A stretch of 64,000 bases of DNA, taken from the sequence record PX880102.1; one strand, 5' to 3'. The notes beneath the pieces are model-generated. The model was not told the DNA's origin. It made no database searches and saw only the letters and a list, made by a program, of their open reading frames with translations. Position numbers and translations under genes: made by a program. How positions within the stretch are numbered: position 1 is the first letter of the stretch; each line of letters begins with the position of its first letter. The DNA comes from a phage. Below, piece by piece: positions 47,940 through 57,600 of the stretch.

Positions 47940-48140
47940 TTAGCTAAACTTTTTGGCACCCTTCCAGCCTTCGTACATCATTGCGGCTGATATTAATATT
48001 GCTCCTGAGCAACTTGAATATTTGTGATTCCAAAACCAGTTTAGAAAAACTTCGTCATCAATACCTTGGGCTATCATATTTTCAAAGAACTGACGACGAG
48101 CTTCAGCAATTCGTTGCGATAATTTAGATTCAGGATTCAT
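47940..48140 (-). CDS. hypothetical protein (66 aa)
   Basis: ORF. Confidence 0.45.
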   Translation of the reverse strand: MNPESKLSQRIAEARRQFFENMIAQGIDDEVFLNWFWNHKYSSCSGAILISAAMMYEGWKGAKKFS

Positions 48141-48272
48141 TTAAATTTTCCAGTTACCATTTTCATCAATAAATTTAATCCAGTCATTTACTGACCACTT
48201 AGTCGTATCGCCTTTTGGAGCAACATTTAAAGTGTATAATCCTTGTTTAAAAAGCATGCGTTTGATATTCAT
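48141..48272 (-). CDS. hypothetical protein (43 aa)
   Basis: ORF-track ORF trimmed to the ATG after SD GAGGAAAAT. Confidence 0.4.
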   Translation of the reverse strand: MNIKRMLFKQGLYTLNVAPKGDTTKWSVNDWIKFIDENGNWKI

Positions 48273-48279
48273 ATTTTCC

Positions 48280-48573
48280 TCAGCTATAACGATAACACTC
48301 GTTTGATTTACGCTTAGCAACTCGTTGAGAAGTATTGTAATCAAAATCATCGTCAATGTAAACTGATTTTTTCAACTTTCTTACTTCACCGCGTAATTGA
48401 CGATTTAACTCATCTTTAACTTCTGAATCAATGCCTTTCATTCTACGCCATTTATCTGAGCGAAAAATGTTTTCAACCATATCTTTATGACTTACACCAT
48501 CAGGAGCTTTACGCTTTCCAAAATAGTCATAATCACGCACTTTTAAGTCTTTACGACGATACGTTTTACCCAT
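48280..48573 (-). CDS. basic protein (97 aa)
   Basis: trimmed to MGKTYRRKD after SD AAGGAAA. Confidence 0.45.
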   Translation of the reverse strand: MGKTYRRKDLKVRDYDYFGKRKAPDGVSHKDMVENIFRSDKWRRMKGIDSEVKDELNRQLRGEVRKLKKSVYIDDDFDYNTSQRVAKRKSNECYRYS

Positions 48574-48748
48574 GGAGTTTAATTTCCTTAGCAACTGAAC
48601 TAAATACAGCACGATCACAAATCATCTGTTTATGTAACTTGAGTATAAGATAATAAACTTCAAAACCGTTTACATAAGTAACACGAACAACATTACCATT
48701 AATGAGATAATACTGTCCCTTTTTAATTTCTTTATCAACCACAACCAT
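48566..48748 (-). CDS. hypothetical protein (60 aa)
   Basis: ORF behind an early promoter. Confidence 0.5.
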   Translation of the reverse strand: MVVVDKEIKKGQYYLINGNVVRVTYVNGFEVYYLILKLHKQMICDRAVFSSVAKEIKLHG

Positions 48749-48779
48749 ATCAATTCCTCAAAGGCAATTCATGTGTTAA

Positions 48780-48835
48780 TAATACCACAGTTTGAGCTCG
48801 TTGTAAACAACTTTGTGAAAATTATTTTAGGGAAT
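48780..48835 (-). promoter_or_regulatory. T4-type early promoter
   Basis: minus-strand GTTTAC (plus 48803-48808), -10 TATTAT. Confidence 0.5.
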
Positions 48836-48906
48836 GATAAGAAGGGAACGATAGCTTAGAATGGTAATATACAGAATGTAAGAAAGAAAGGCCCAGAGGG
48901 CCCGTC

Positions 48907-49230
48907 TTAGTCTTCTATGATATCTCTATCATATCCAAGTGAAATGAGAGTTTCTTTGAATTGTTTAATGTTCTTTTGTCTAGAATCATTAATGAAAATG
49001 ACAGGATACCGAATATTAAGAGATGTGAATCCGGCGCGTTTGGCAAGAGATACAATCAATGGGCGATCGTACTCAATCTTACCATTATTAGTAAGAACTT
49101 TATAGAAAGTAAAAGGAGCATTGAGCTCCTTTAGAAGTTTTGTAACTGATTGACATCCAGGACAACGACCTACTTCATCTGGAATTCCATAGACTTCAAT
49201 CTTATTCTTTAAGTTCGAGTTTTGTTCCAC
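48907..49230 (-). CDS. nrdH: glutaredoxin-like protein (CPGC), NrdH-like; start uncertain (GTG proposed)
   Basis: ...KIEVYGIPDEVGRCPGCQSVTKLLKELN... thioredoxin-fold signature; no in-frame ATG near the N-terminus; SD AAGGAA 9 nt before a GTG. Confidence 0.5.
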   Translation of the reverse strand: MEQNSNLKNKIEVYGIPDEVGRCPGCQSVTKLLKELNAPFTFYKVLTNNGKIEYDRPLIVSLAKRAGFTSLNIRYPVIFINDSRQKNIKQFKETLISLGYDRDIIED

Positions 49231-49513
49231 GAGAAATAATTCCTTGATAAGCCCAGTATGGCGGGTTAACAGAATCCTCACCAGAGTTTTCTTCAGGAAA
49301 ATAAACCTGGATAACGAAGCCGGATTCATCAAAGGTGAAATAAGTAGTAGGCAATTCACCTAACAAATCGGCACGAGCATTAATTTCTTCGAGGTCTTGT
49401 TCACGTCCAGCCCAGAAGCTTGGGTTCAGACTACATTCATAGAAATAATAGTCATTACCGAACATATCAAAACCATTCCAACTCTCTACTACATACCGCT
49501 CAAAACTAATCAT
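49202..49513 (-). CDS. hypothetical protein (103 aa)
   Basis: ORF; overlaps the proposed nrdH start. Confidence 0.5.
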   Translation of the reverse strand: MISFERYVVESWNGFDMFGNDYYFYECSLNPSFWAGREQDLEEINARADLLGELPTTYFTFDESGFVIQVYFPEENSGEDSVNPPYWAYQGIISRGTKLELKE

Positions 49514-49515
49514 AA

Positions 49516-49731
49516 TTAAGCCTTTTTATCAAGAACAGCATTCAGCTTGTTAGTAATTTTATCCAGACGCTCATTGAACTCACTAGAAGATAAGCCCTTT
49601 TCTGGAGAAATTAAACTAATAACGAAAAATACAACAATAAAAGGAATAAGGAAAATAGCTCCAACTGCCATAAACAGAAAGAATGTTACAGTTGTAAGAA
49701 AATCAGCTAAACCTTTACGAAATTTATACAT
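49516..49731 (-). CDS. small membrane protein (71 aa)
   Basis: one or two TM segments. Confidence 0.5.
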   Translation of the reverse strand: MYKFRKGLADFLTTVTFFLFMAVGAIFLIPFIVVFFVISLISPEKGLSSSEFNERLDKITNKLNAVLDKKA

Positions 49732-49846
49732 ATTTTACCCTTAATTGATTAACCAAGCATTGATAAGCACTAAACTATATTGCGAATAAAATTCTGGACC
49801 AAAATGAAAAATCATATCATTTATAGTATCAATAATGTAATTCAAT

Positions 49847-50317
49847 TTAATCATGTGTCCACACCCCATCGGTATTTGACCAAAGTCGCTGATTATCTGA
49901 TCCTCGCCACAGCTTTTTAGTCGGAAGATTTTTTTCATACTTCCCATCAATAATAACATCAACATATTTAAGCATTTCTAGTTGTTTAATATCTTCAAAC
50001 TTATATCCTGTCCACAACCAAATGCTTTTATTGGGATAAAGATTTTTTACTGTTTGAACCACAGAGTGAATCACGTCTCTGTTATCAGGATAAAGAGGGT
50101 CACCCCCAGTTATAGTTAATCCTTCTATATAATCATTATTCAAACATTCAATTAATTGTTCTAGTGTTTCACCAGTGAATGGAACACCATTTCTGGCATT
50201 CCATGTTGATTTATTATAACACCCTTCACATTTATGCAAACAACCTGTAACGAAAAGAACGACCCTGCAACCAGGGCCATTCACAAAATCGCAAGGATAA
50301 AATCTATCATAATTCAT
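49847..50317 (-). CDS. nrdG: anaerobic ribonucleotide reductase activating protein (radical SAM), 156 aa
   Basis: CxxxCxxC radical-SAM motif (GCLHKCEGCYN); same length as T4 NrdG. Confidence 0.9.
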   Translation of the reverse strand: MNYDRFYPCDFVNGPGCRVVLFVTGCLHKCEGCYNKSTWNARNGVPFTGETLEQLIECLNNDYIEGLTITGGDPLYPDNRDVIHSVVQTVKNLYPNKSIWLWTGYKFEDIKQLEMLKYVDVIIDGKYEKNLPTKKLWRGSDNQRLWSNTDGVWTHD

Positions 50318-52131
50318 TGGTGTTTAACCCTATGCATGATTTCTTTATTTTTACCGAGATTAAATCCGCGTTCGTTCGGATTTCCCAAATAACCGCATGT
50401 TCTTCTTATGGTATTCATCTTTTTAGGATCAGTTTCTCCACAAATAGAACAAACAAATCCGTTTTCAGTAGGAGTCATTTCATGGGTACTTCCGCATGTA
50501 AAACATTTATCTACTGGCATATTAACACCAAAATAATCTAAATGTTGTGCAGCATAATCCCACACGGCCTCAAGACCTTTTAAGTTATTTTTCATATCAG
50601 GAAGTTCAACATAAGAAATGTGACCACCTGTCGCAATGAAATGATATGGTGCTTCGCGAGAAATCTTTTCAAACGGAGTAATATTTTCTTCTACTGAAAC
50701 ATGGAAACTGTTAGTGTACCAACCTTTATCGGTAACATCCTTTACACTTCCATATTTTTCGGTATCAAGTTTACAGAAGCGATAACAAAGGTTTTCAGCA
50801 GGAGTAGAATACAAGCTAAAAGCAAACCCAGTTCTTTCAGTCCACTGCTTAAGACGAGCATTCATTTTAGTTAAAATTTCCTGTCCAATATCACGACCGA
50901 CAAGAATATTCAATTCGTGAATACCAATGTATCCTAGAGACACTGAACTTCTGCCATTTTTAAATAACTCAATTATGTCGTCATCAGGTTTAAGACGAAC
51001 CCCGAATGCGCCTTCTTGGTAAAGAATAGGAGCAACAGTCGCTTTAACTCCTTTTAAGGAACTAATTCTACACATCAAAGCTTCAAAACACAAATCCATT
51101 CGTTCATTGAATAATTCAACAAATTTCTGTTCATTGAATTGTGTTCCAATATAAGAATCTAACGCGATGCGAGGAAGATTCAGTGTTACAACGCCAAGAT
51201 TATTACGTCCATCAAGAATTTCATTACCAGTCGAATCTTTCCATACGCTCAAGAAACTACGGCAACCCATTGGAGAAACAGGAATAGATGAGCCGGTGAT
51301 AACTTTATTGTTCTTAGCTGAAATAATATCAGGATACATTCTTTTGCTTGCACACTCTAAAGCAAGCTGCTTAATATCATAGTTCGGATCGTCTTTATAA
51401 AGATTAACACCTTCTTCAACGAACATAACAAGCTTAGGGAAAATAGGAGTTATCCCATCACGACCAAGACCTTTAATACGATTTTTCAGAATTGCTTTCT
51501 GAATCATTCGTTCAGTCCAGTCAGTTCCTGTACCAAATGTAATTGTTACAAAAGGTGTTTGTCCGTTTGAGCTAAAGAGAGTATTTACTTCATATTCATA
51601 AGCTTGGAATGCATCGTATACATCTTTTTCTGTTTTAGATTGAGCATAATTCAACGCATCAGCGATTTGCCATTTTTCTGCATCCTCAATATGTTTTGCA
51701 TAGGTGCGTTTAACATAAGGAGAAAGTACTTTATCTACATTAGCAAAAGTCGTTCCGCCGTATTGATGGGAAGCAACCTGTGCAGTAATTTGTGCCATAA
51801 TTGCAGTAGCAACACCGATTGATTTAGGAGTTTCAATCTGTGCATTACCAAGCTTAAATCCGTTCTCAAGCATTCCTTTTAAATCTACTAAACAACAATT
51901 AGTAAATGGAAGAGCAGGGGAATAATCAATATCGTGGAAATGAATAATTCCGCTTTCATGCGCTTTCATAATAAAAGACGGGACCATATTTTTGGCAATG
52001 TGTTTAGACACAATACCAGCCATAAGGTCCCGTTGAGTTGGAAAAACACGAGAATCTTTATTAGCATTCTCGTTTAAAAGGTCTTTATTAGTTTTATGAA
52101 TCAATCCTTCAATTTCTTTTTCAATTGTCAT
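50314..52131 (-). CDS. nrdD: anaerobic ribonucleoside-triphosphate reductase, 605 aa, uninterrupted
   Basis: glycyl-radical C-terminus (...RTCGYLGNP...), C-terminal Cys cluster; a single 605-aa ORF. Confidence 0.95.
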   Translation of the reverse strand: MTIEKEIEGLIHKTNKDLLNENANKDSRVFPTQRDLMAGIVSKHIAKNMVPSFIMKAHESGIIHFHDIDYSPALPFTNCCLVDLKGMLENGFKLGNAQIETPKSIGVATAIMAQITAQVASHQYGGTTFANVDKVLSPYVKRTYAKHIEDAEKWQIADALNYAQSKTEKDVYDAFQAYEYEVNTLFSSNGQTPFVTITFGTGTDWTERMIQKAILKNRIKGLGRDGITPIFPKLVMFVEEGVNLYKDDPNYDIKQLALECASKRMYPDIISAKNNKVITGSSIPVSPMGCRSFLSVWKDSTGNEILDGRNNLGVVTLNLPRIALDSYIGTQFNEQKFVELFNERMDLCFEALMCRISSLKGVKATVAPILYQEGAFGVRLKPDDDIIELFKNGRSSVSLGYIGIHELNILVGRDIGQEILTKMNARLKQWTERTGFAFSLYSTPAENLCYRFCKLDTEKYGSVKDVTDKGWYTNSFHVSVEENITPFEKISREAPYHFIATGGHISYVELPDMKNNLKGLEAVWDYAAQHLDYFGVNMPVDKCFTCGSTHEMTPTENGFVCSICGETDPKKMNTIRRTCGYLGNPNERGFNLGKNKEIMHRVKHQ

Positions 52132-52601
52132 TTTAAACTCTTTCTAAGCTGCTTCTTAAATGAAGCTATTAGTTGTGTTTTAGTGTCAGATTCATTATAT
52201 TCAAATCCTCTTTGAAGCATCTCGGCCATCATTTCCTCTTTTCCTAAACGAGAAAATTCCTTTGATTTATCTCCAACAAAGTTAGGGTGAATATTATTTT
52301 GGGTGTAATCGGATTTTAAATAAGTAAGTAAATTTTCTAACCATTCAAGATAATCAACACCTTGTCCCTTTAAGCCAGAACGATTAAATTTATGCTTCAT
52401 TTGACCTTCTGCGGCATTGCAGAGATTACAAAGCAATCCACGTACCTTTCCTGCTTTTGGTCCATTTAATTCATGGTCATGGTCAAGGTGATTAGCTTGA
52501 ACATCAGGATTTAGTTCTCGTTGGCAAATTAAGCATTTACCGTTTTGTGCATCATAAAATTTCTGTTTTTCTTCTTTATATAATTTGCCAGTCAATAACA
52601 T
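52128..52601 (-). CDS. 49: endonuclease VII (Holliday junction resolvase), 157 aa
   Basis: CLICQREL...HLDHDH...LLCNLCN zinc and catalytic motifs; same length as T4 gp49. Confidence 0.92.
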   Translation of the reverse strand: MLLTGKLYKEEKQKFYDAQNGKCLICQRELNPDVQANHLDHDHELNGPKAGKVRGLLCNLCNAAEGQMKHKFNRSGLKGQGVDYLEWLENLLTYLKSDYTQNNIHPNFVGDKSKEFSRLGKEEMMAEMLQRGFEYNESDTKTQLIASFKKQLRKSLK

Positions 52602-52642
52602 AATAAACCCTTACCTTAAATAGATAAGGGTATTTATTATTT

Positions 52643-53128
52643 TCAAGTATTGTAAAACATTTGATGCAATCGCTTATATTGCCGAATCTTTTGGTCAGAA
52701 AAAGAAATTTGAGTTTCAAGCCATTCAATGTACTCTGCGGCAGCTTGCATCAGGTTACCTTCATAGCCATCGTTATTTTCTTGTGCAGCTAATTTAGCTA
52801 ATGCGTATGAAATACGTTCACCTTGAAAATCAGCTTTAGGCTTCTGAACAGCTTGATTAGTTCTCTCTACAACTTCTTCAATTTCGCCATTTTCTACTGA
52901 TTCAGTATTCCATAAGCACCAATACGTAATTGGCTTATCGTAGATGTTAATAATCTTTCCATCAGAAAGTTCAATTTCAATAATTCCAGTATCAGGTTCT
53001 ATATCATCTTCACATTCTTTTGCAAGTTCACGAACTTTAAAGACAGCACCTGCACTAAGTTCCGGCCAGTAATTACATAGCCCTGTATCAGCACGATTAA
53101 TTCTAAACCACTTATCTACTGTAATCAT
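52643..53128 (-). CDS. pin: PinA-like protein (Lon protease inhibitor), 161 aa
   Basis: position after 49 and length; ORF-track start trimmed to the ATG after SD GGAG. Confidence 0.55.
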   Translation of the reverse strand: MITVDKWFRINRADTGLCNYWPELSAGAVFKVRELAKECEDDIEPDTGIIEIELSDGKIINIYDKPITYWCLWNTESVENGEIEEVVERTNQAVQKPKADFQGERISYALAKLAAQENNDGYEGNLMQAAAEYIEWLETQISFSDQKIRQYKRLHQMFYNT

Positions 53129-53250
53129 GTCCCATCTCCATATCAATTAAGTCATTTATCGTTGGTTCATTATATACTGTTTCTTCATCAGTGTAAACCG
53201 GTTCTTCCGGCTCTGGCTCTACAGTTTCCCATCTAGCCGCCCACCAGGGT

Positions 53251-53640
53251 TTAACCCCGAAGCTTATTAAGTTCTTCATAATCAATCCAGGATTCTAATC
53301 CTGATGGCAAATCAGATTCAATTTCCCAAAGAAGCTCTTCAATTTTCTGAAGACGATCTAGTTCTTCAGCTGGAATAGTAACCATTGATGGAGTTCTTGA
53401 TACACTAATATCGTAAATCATATTTACCCCCAGTTTGACCATGCAATCACCGTATTTCCACTTAGAAATAGACTTTTCACCATTAGAATAATAAACTTCG
53501 AGTTTAGCACGATTATTTTTAATTTGAATAACCTTGGCTGTCATCAAAGTTCCATACCCATAATAAACTGCAACTTCATCACCTACATATACCGCGCTTC
53601 CGCGGTAATCATGGATATAATCAGTTCCTTCGAGCATCAT
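53251..53640 (-). CDS. hypothetical protein (129 aa)
   Basis: ORF. Confidence 0.5.
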   Translation of the reverse strand: MMLEGTDYIHDYRGSAVYVGDEVAVYYGYGTLMTAKVIQIKNNRAKLEVYYSNGEKSISKWKYGDCMVKLGVNMIYDISVSRTPSMVTIPAEELDRLQKIEELLWEIESDLPSGLESWIDYEELNKLRG

Positions 53641-53900
53641 TTAAAGTATTCCCGCAATTGGTCAAATCCACCAATATGACTTCCATCAGGAGCAAATACT
53701 TGAGGCATCGTCAAGCCAATTTGAGTATCACGACCCAGTTTAGTCAGAAGCTCAGCGATTTTCTCATCATCAAAAACACCTTTTTCCGGCATAATGTTGA
53801 TAAATTCAAACGGCTGTTTCTTCACAGTCAAAAGACGTTTTGCATTATCGCAGTACACACATTTGTGGATGTTGCTATCATAACCATATACTTTAAACAT
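53637..53900 (-). CDS. nrdC: glutaredoxin (thioredoxin-fold, CVYC), 87 aa
   Basis: MFKVYGYDSNIHKCVYCDNAKRLLTVKKQPFEFINIMPEKGVFDDEKIAELL... matches T4 NrdC. Confidence 0.92.
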   Translation of the reverse strand: MFKVYGYDSNIHKCVYCDNAKRLLTVKKQPFEFINIMPEKGVFDDEKIAELLTKLGRDTQIGLTMPQVFAPDGSHIGGFDQLREYFK

Positions 53901-53901
53901 A

Positions 53902-54144
53902 TTATTCCTTAATTCCTAGTACTTGTTTAAAAGTCTCGTCGTAATCAAGACTTTGGCCCGTTTGTTCTTTATGTTTGTACATAATATCACTTACTTCTGA
54001 TAGCATATTTTTATATGAACGAGTTAAAGCAGATTTAAGCACGCTGTATCTATCAGGAAATTTACCATGTTCATTATAATAAGCTATTGCTAATTCACGG
54101 ACTGCCTTTTCAGCAGTCTCCATATATTCTTTACGCTTGGTCAT
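53902..54144 (-). CDS. hypothetical protein (80 aa)
   Basis: ORF-track ORF trimmed to [15 protein letters not shown], adjacent to the upstream stop. Confidence 0.45.
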   Translation of the reverse strand: MTKRKEYMETAEKAVRELAIAYYNEHGKFPDRYSVLKSALTRSYKNMLSEVSDIMYKHKEQTGQSLDYDETFKQVLGIKE

Positions 54145-54145
54145 T

Positions 54146-54535
54146 TTAATCCAAAATATTATTAGGCATTGGTTGAACACTCGCAAGTTCTTTAAAGAAC
54201 TCAGTAGAGTCAGGTAATTTAACCATTTCCGGAGCATGCTTGCTAAATTTGTGTTTACAATGACGGCATTTATATTCAAGTTCCGGTTTACGCCAATTAA
54301 TTAATTGAACCTGTTCAGTACCGCATTCAGGACAATTAGGAACGTTTTTAGAAGCCCTTTCGCGACGTTCAACCATAGCCATAATAGCATCCCAGGCTGG
54401 AGGTTTAAAGTCTAAATCATCACAACCATGAATCTTTCCACGCATTTCCAGATCGTCTTCTTCACCAGCCATAATAATTTTAATTAGACTGGAATTACTT
54501 GAAGCTGCAATATCTTCTAATAGACGCTTTTTCAT
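54146..54535 (-). CDS. zinc-ribbon protein (129 aa)
   Basis: CPECGTEQ...CRHCKHKF four-Cys ribbon. Confidence 0.5.
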   Translation of the reverse strand: MKKRLLEDIAASSNSSLIKIIMAGEEDDLEMRGKIHGCDDLDFKPPAWDAIMAMVERRERASKNVPNCPECGTEQVQLINWRKPELEYKCRHCKHKFSKHAPEMVKLPDSTEFFKELASVQPMPNNILD

Positions 54536-55461
54536 TTCAATACCTCAATAGCATTACGTAAACCATTTGCTTTCGCATTAAGAGCTTTTAACAATTTGGT
54601 GTGTTCGGCAATCTGGGCTTCAACTTCAATCAAACGAGCATTGAGATATTCACGTTCTTCGCTCAAGTTATCAATCTTTTCTACTTTAGGCTCTTTTACA
54701 ACTGTCTTATATGTATTAGGGTTCTTCAGTTTAATTAGAATACGTGAACTGTATAACATTGAACCATTATCTTCGATTTCATCATACATTTCTACTACGT
54801 CCATGATTTTTAACATCATGCGGAGTTTATAAGACAACGAACGAATAGTTTTGTTGTGCTTATTAATTTCTTTAGAGTTCATGGTGCCAAGATTACGTGA
54901 GTAATAATAAGGAACCTGGATATTAATTAACACTGATGAACCACCTGGCTTGTGTGTTACTTCATCAGCAATAACCCAATCCTTAACATGAACTGTATTT
55001 GTACGGTCATCACCAGCAGTAAATAGTTTGCGAGCATGCTTAAAAAGCATATTCACTTGGTCATTGAATTGACAAGCAAATTTATCAGCAAATTTAGTTT
55101 CAGGAATGGTAGATAACCAATCAGCCAAGTGGGTCTTTTTAACATCGTTAACAATAGTAAATTCAACCAAATCGGTTATAGATGTTGCAGATTTAATGAA
55201 GCTCGGCTTCATTAAGTTTTTAATGTTATCGCGAGCTACAGTAGAAGATAACATACGAGAACGTTTAAACCATTCAAGCAAATTGCCTAACGAATGAGAA
55301 TAAGCGTTTTGAGTATCTTTACAGATATGATTTTCCTGACCAACATATTGAAGGAAATCACGAAGAATATTATTGATTACTGCTCTGTGTCCGATTTGAT
55401 AATTACGGTGTTTAGTAATAAGACTGTCAAAATAATCAATATAATGTTTACGAGTTTTCAT
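54532..55461 (-). CDS. hypothetical protein (309 aa) with C-terminal coiled coil
   Basis: N-terminal MKTR motif; C-terminal heptad-rich segment ...[40 protein letters not shown]. Confidence 0.55.
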   Translation of the reverse strand: MKTRKHYIDYFDSLITKHRNYQIGHRAVINNILRDFLQYVGQENHICKDTQNAYSHSLGNLLEWFKRSRMLSSTVARDNIKNLMKPSFIKSATSITDLVEFTIVNDVKKTHLADWLSTIPETKFADKFACQFNDQVNMLFKHARKLFTAGDDRTNTVHVKDWVIADEVTHKPGGSSVLINIQVPYYYSRNLGTMNSKEINKHNKTIRSLSYKLRMMLKIMDVVEMYDEIEDNGSMLYSSRILIKLKNPNTYKTVVKEPKVEKIDNLSEEREYLNARLIEVEAQIAEHTKLLKALNAKANGLRNAIEVLK

Positions 55462-55513
55462 GTTCTTCTCACTTGGTTAATGATTTATACTCCGAGCCAT
55501 CCTTGGCTTTAAA

Positions 55514-56515
55514 TTACTTAATTAACTGTAAAGCTTGTTCAAGACGATCCAGGCGATTAACAGATTCTTCCCAAATCCTTTTAGCCTGCTCATATTCTTT
55601 CTGCGCTTTATTAGAAATTTCTAGAGCTTCTTTATAAGCTTTTTCTAGTGCAATAACTTCTGGACGAATTTCTATCGGTTCAGGTGAATCGTCAAGACAT
55701 TCCATTAGTTCCTCAAGGGTAGTTTCTTCTTTAAGAGTATTCACAATTTCATCACATTTTTGCTGGTAAATTTCTTTATCAGTCGGTGAGTACGCACACT
55801 TTACTTCACGAAGACTAATTATAATTTTATATCCTTCCCATTCACACATATTTTTGAAAGGATATGTATGAATACTTTTTACAGTTTCCATACAGCCCAA
55901 AGCCGTCTCTAATTGATGAGTTATAGTGCTAGCAATTGAGAAAAATTTATTAATGTTCTTTTGATTAGCTGCTGGTGTAAAAAATCCATAATTCACAAAA
56001 ATAGCTACTTTATTTTTATCAAGCTCATATTCTTTTACGATAATCATATCAGAAGCCAAAGGATGAATTTGACGATAATCGCCATAACATAATTTAGAAG
56101 CTGATTTTAGAATTTGTCCTTTGAAAAGTCTGAAATTACTAATCCAACGACGAGTAAAAATATTCTCAGGGTCTTCTTTAATATTAAGATGATAAGAATT
56201 AACATCACCGAACCAATTATATCCTACTACATCTTTAGTTCGTTTAATTTCTTTCCCAAATTTACCAAGAATATCCCTATTAACCAAATATGAAAGAAGA
56301 CGAGACCCTTTAAAGGTTTTCTTAATGGCATCTTTATCTGTACGACTAGAAATTTCACGAACTTCATGAATAAATTTGCCGGAAGAAACAATACTTGCAT
56401 CAGTATTATTGAGCCATTGATTGATAATAGAAAGAACGCTATTTTGGCCAAACATCGGTATAGCTTTATCATCAATAACGCTATTGAATGATTTGATATA
56501 TTCGTTACGAGTCAT
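55514..56515 (-). CDS. hypothetical protein (333 aa) with C-terminal coiled coil
   Basis: trimmed to MTRNEYIKSF after SD GAGGAG; C-terminal ...EKAYKEALEISNKAQKEYEQAKRIWEESVNRLDRLEQALQLIK. Confidence 0.55.
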   Translation of the reverse strand: MTRNEYIKSFNSVIDDKAIPMFGQNSVLSIINQWLNNTDASIVSSGKFIHEVREISSRTDKDAIKKTFKGSRLLSYLVNRDILGKFGKEIKRTKDVVGYNWFGDVNSYHLNIKEDPENIFTRRWISNFRLFKGQILKSASKLCYGDYRQIHPLASDMIIVKEYELDKNKVAIFVNYGFFTPAANQKNINKFFSIASTITHQLETALGCMETVKSIHTYPFKNMCEWEGYKIIISLREVKCAYSPTDKEIYQQKCDEIVNTLKEETTLEELMECLDDSPEPIEIRPEVIALEKAYKEALEISNKAQKEYEQAKRIWEESVNRLDRLEQALQLIK

Positions 56516-56539
56516 AATAATCTCCTCAGTAGAAAGTAA

Positions 56540-56595
56540 AAACATTATACCACATCCTTGTGGCAAAGTAAACTAGTTCAGTGCATTTAGTGCAT
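56540..56595 (-). promoter_or_regulatory. T4-type early promoter
   Basis: minus-strand GTTTAC tttgccacaaggatgtg GTATAAT; ACCAC...GTGG inverted repeat in the spacer. Confidence 0.6.
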
Positions 56596-57592
56596 TGTTC
56601 AGTTTAGAACGTTGCTTCGTGAGATTTTTGACTTTTTCTTGAGCTTTTTCTAGCATCTTTTCAGCTTCTAGCACTTCATTGGTCGCTTTAACGAGTTCAT
56701 CATCTACTGCCTTGATAGACTTCTCAATCGCATCCGCGTGCCATTTTTCAACAGGTTTAAGACTCGGATTTTCAATAGGAAGAAAATTCACTTTATTGAA
56801 TTTCCATGCATCTTTATTGCCTGAACTATACATCCAAAATTTAGGATCGTTTGATGAGTAATTAGATAAATTTAAGTTATCTTGCACTTCCTGCTTTTTC
56901 TCTTGCGGGACTTCGTCCTTTCTCAAAAAATCGTATTTAAATGAAACGATCATATCAAGTTCATATGTTGTTGTATGTTCCCAATTTCGCTCAAAACGAG
57001 GTAAAATCTTAGAATGAACAGCGGCAACAACATCCATATACTTAAATGCTTCTGTCAACTGCGATTTAAGGCATTCGCAAATTGAAAGAGAATTTTTTGT
57101 ATTAGGTTTAAAGCTAATTCGTGCAGTTCTGTTATTTTCTTTTAATGGTCTTACTTCCATCTGAAGAGTATAACCATCAAATTTCAGGTTCTTTAAGTTA
57201 ATGTCAGAACCTTTTAATCGACTAGCCGTTGACAAAATTTGCTTTAATTGTTTACGGAATAGAGCAATAAATCTCCATTCAATACGATAATGATTTGGAT
57301 TAAAAAATCCAGATGATAAATCGACCTTACTCTGACCAACGCCCTGAACAAATAGAGGATTTTTATAATCAATAGTTTTACAGAAATCGGTGAGCTGCTC
57401 ACGAGCCGTCATTTGTGTAATATACCCCGCTTTACTAAAATGACGTAACCATTCACTGCTATTCATATATTTAAAGTGAATATCACGATTAACTTTATCA
57501 GGATCTAAATTATTTTGGCACAAAAATGTCATAACATCACGAGTATAGCTGGCATTACGAACCATATCTTCAATTTGAGAACGAGTTTTCAT
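56573..57592 (-). CDS. hypothetical protein (339 aa) with C-terminal coiled coil
   Basis: N-terminal MKTR motif; C-terminal ...AIEKSIKAVDDELVKATNEVLEAEKMLEKAQEKVKNLTKQRSKLNNALNALN. Confidence 0.55.
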   Translation of the reverse strand: MKTRSQIEDMVRNASYTRDVMTFLCQNNLDPDKVNRDIHFKYMNSSEWLRHFSKAGYITQMTAREQLTDFCKTIDYKNPLFVQGVGQSKVDLSSGFFNPNHYRIEWRFIALFRKQLKQILSTASRLKGSDINLKNLKFDGYTLQMEVRPLKENNRTARISFKPNTKNSLSICECLKSQLTEAFKYMDVVAAVHSKILPRFERNWEHTTTYELDMIVSFKYDFLRKDEVPQEKKQEVQDNLNLSNYSSNDPKFWMYSSGNKDAWKFNKVNFLPIENPSLKPVEKWHADAIEKSIKAVDDELVKATNEVLEAEKMLEKAQEKVKNLTKQRSKLNNALNALN

Positions 57593-57600
57593 GGTGTTCC

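Noticed and set aside
49741-49965. 74-aa minus-strand ORF overlapping the 3' end of nrdG
   Set aside because: Most of it overlaps nrdG out of frame; only a possible 37-codon remnant (49741-49854) could be real and it has weak support.
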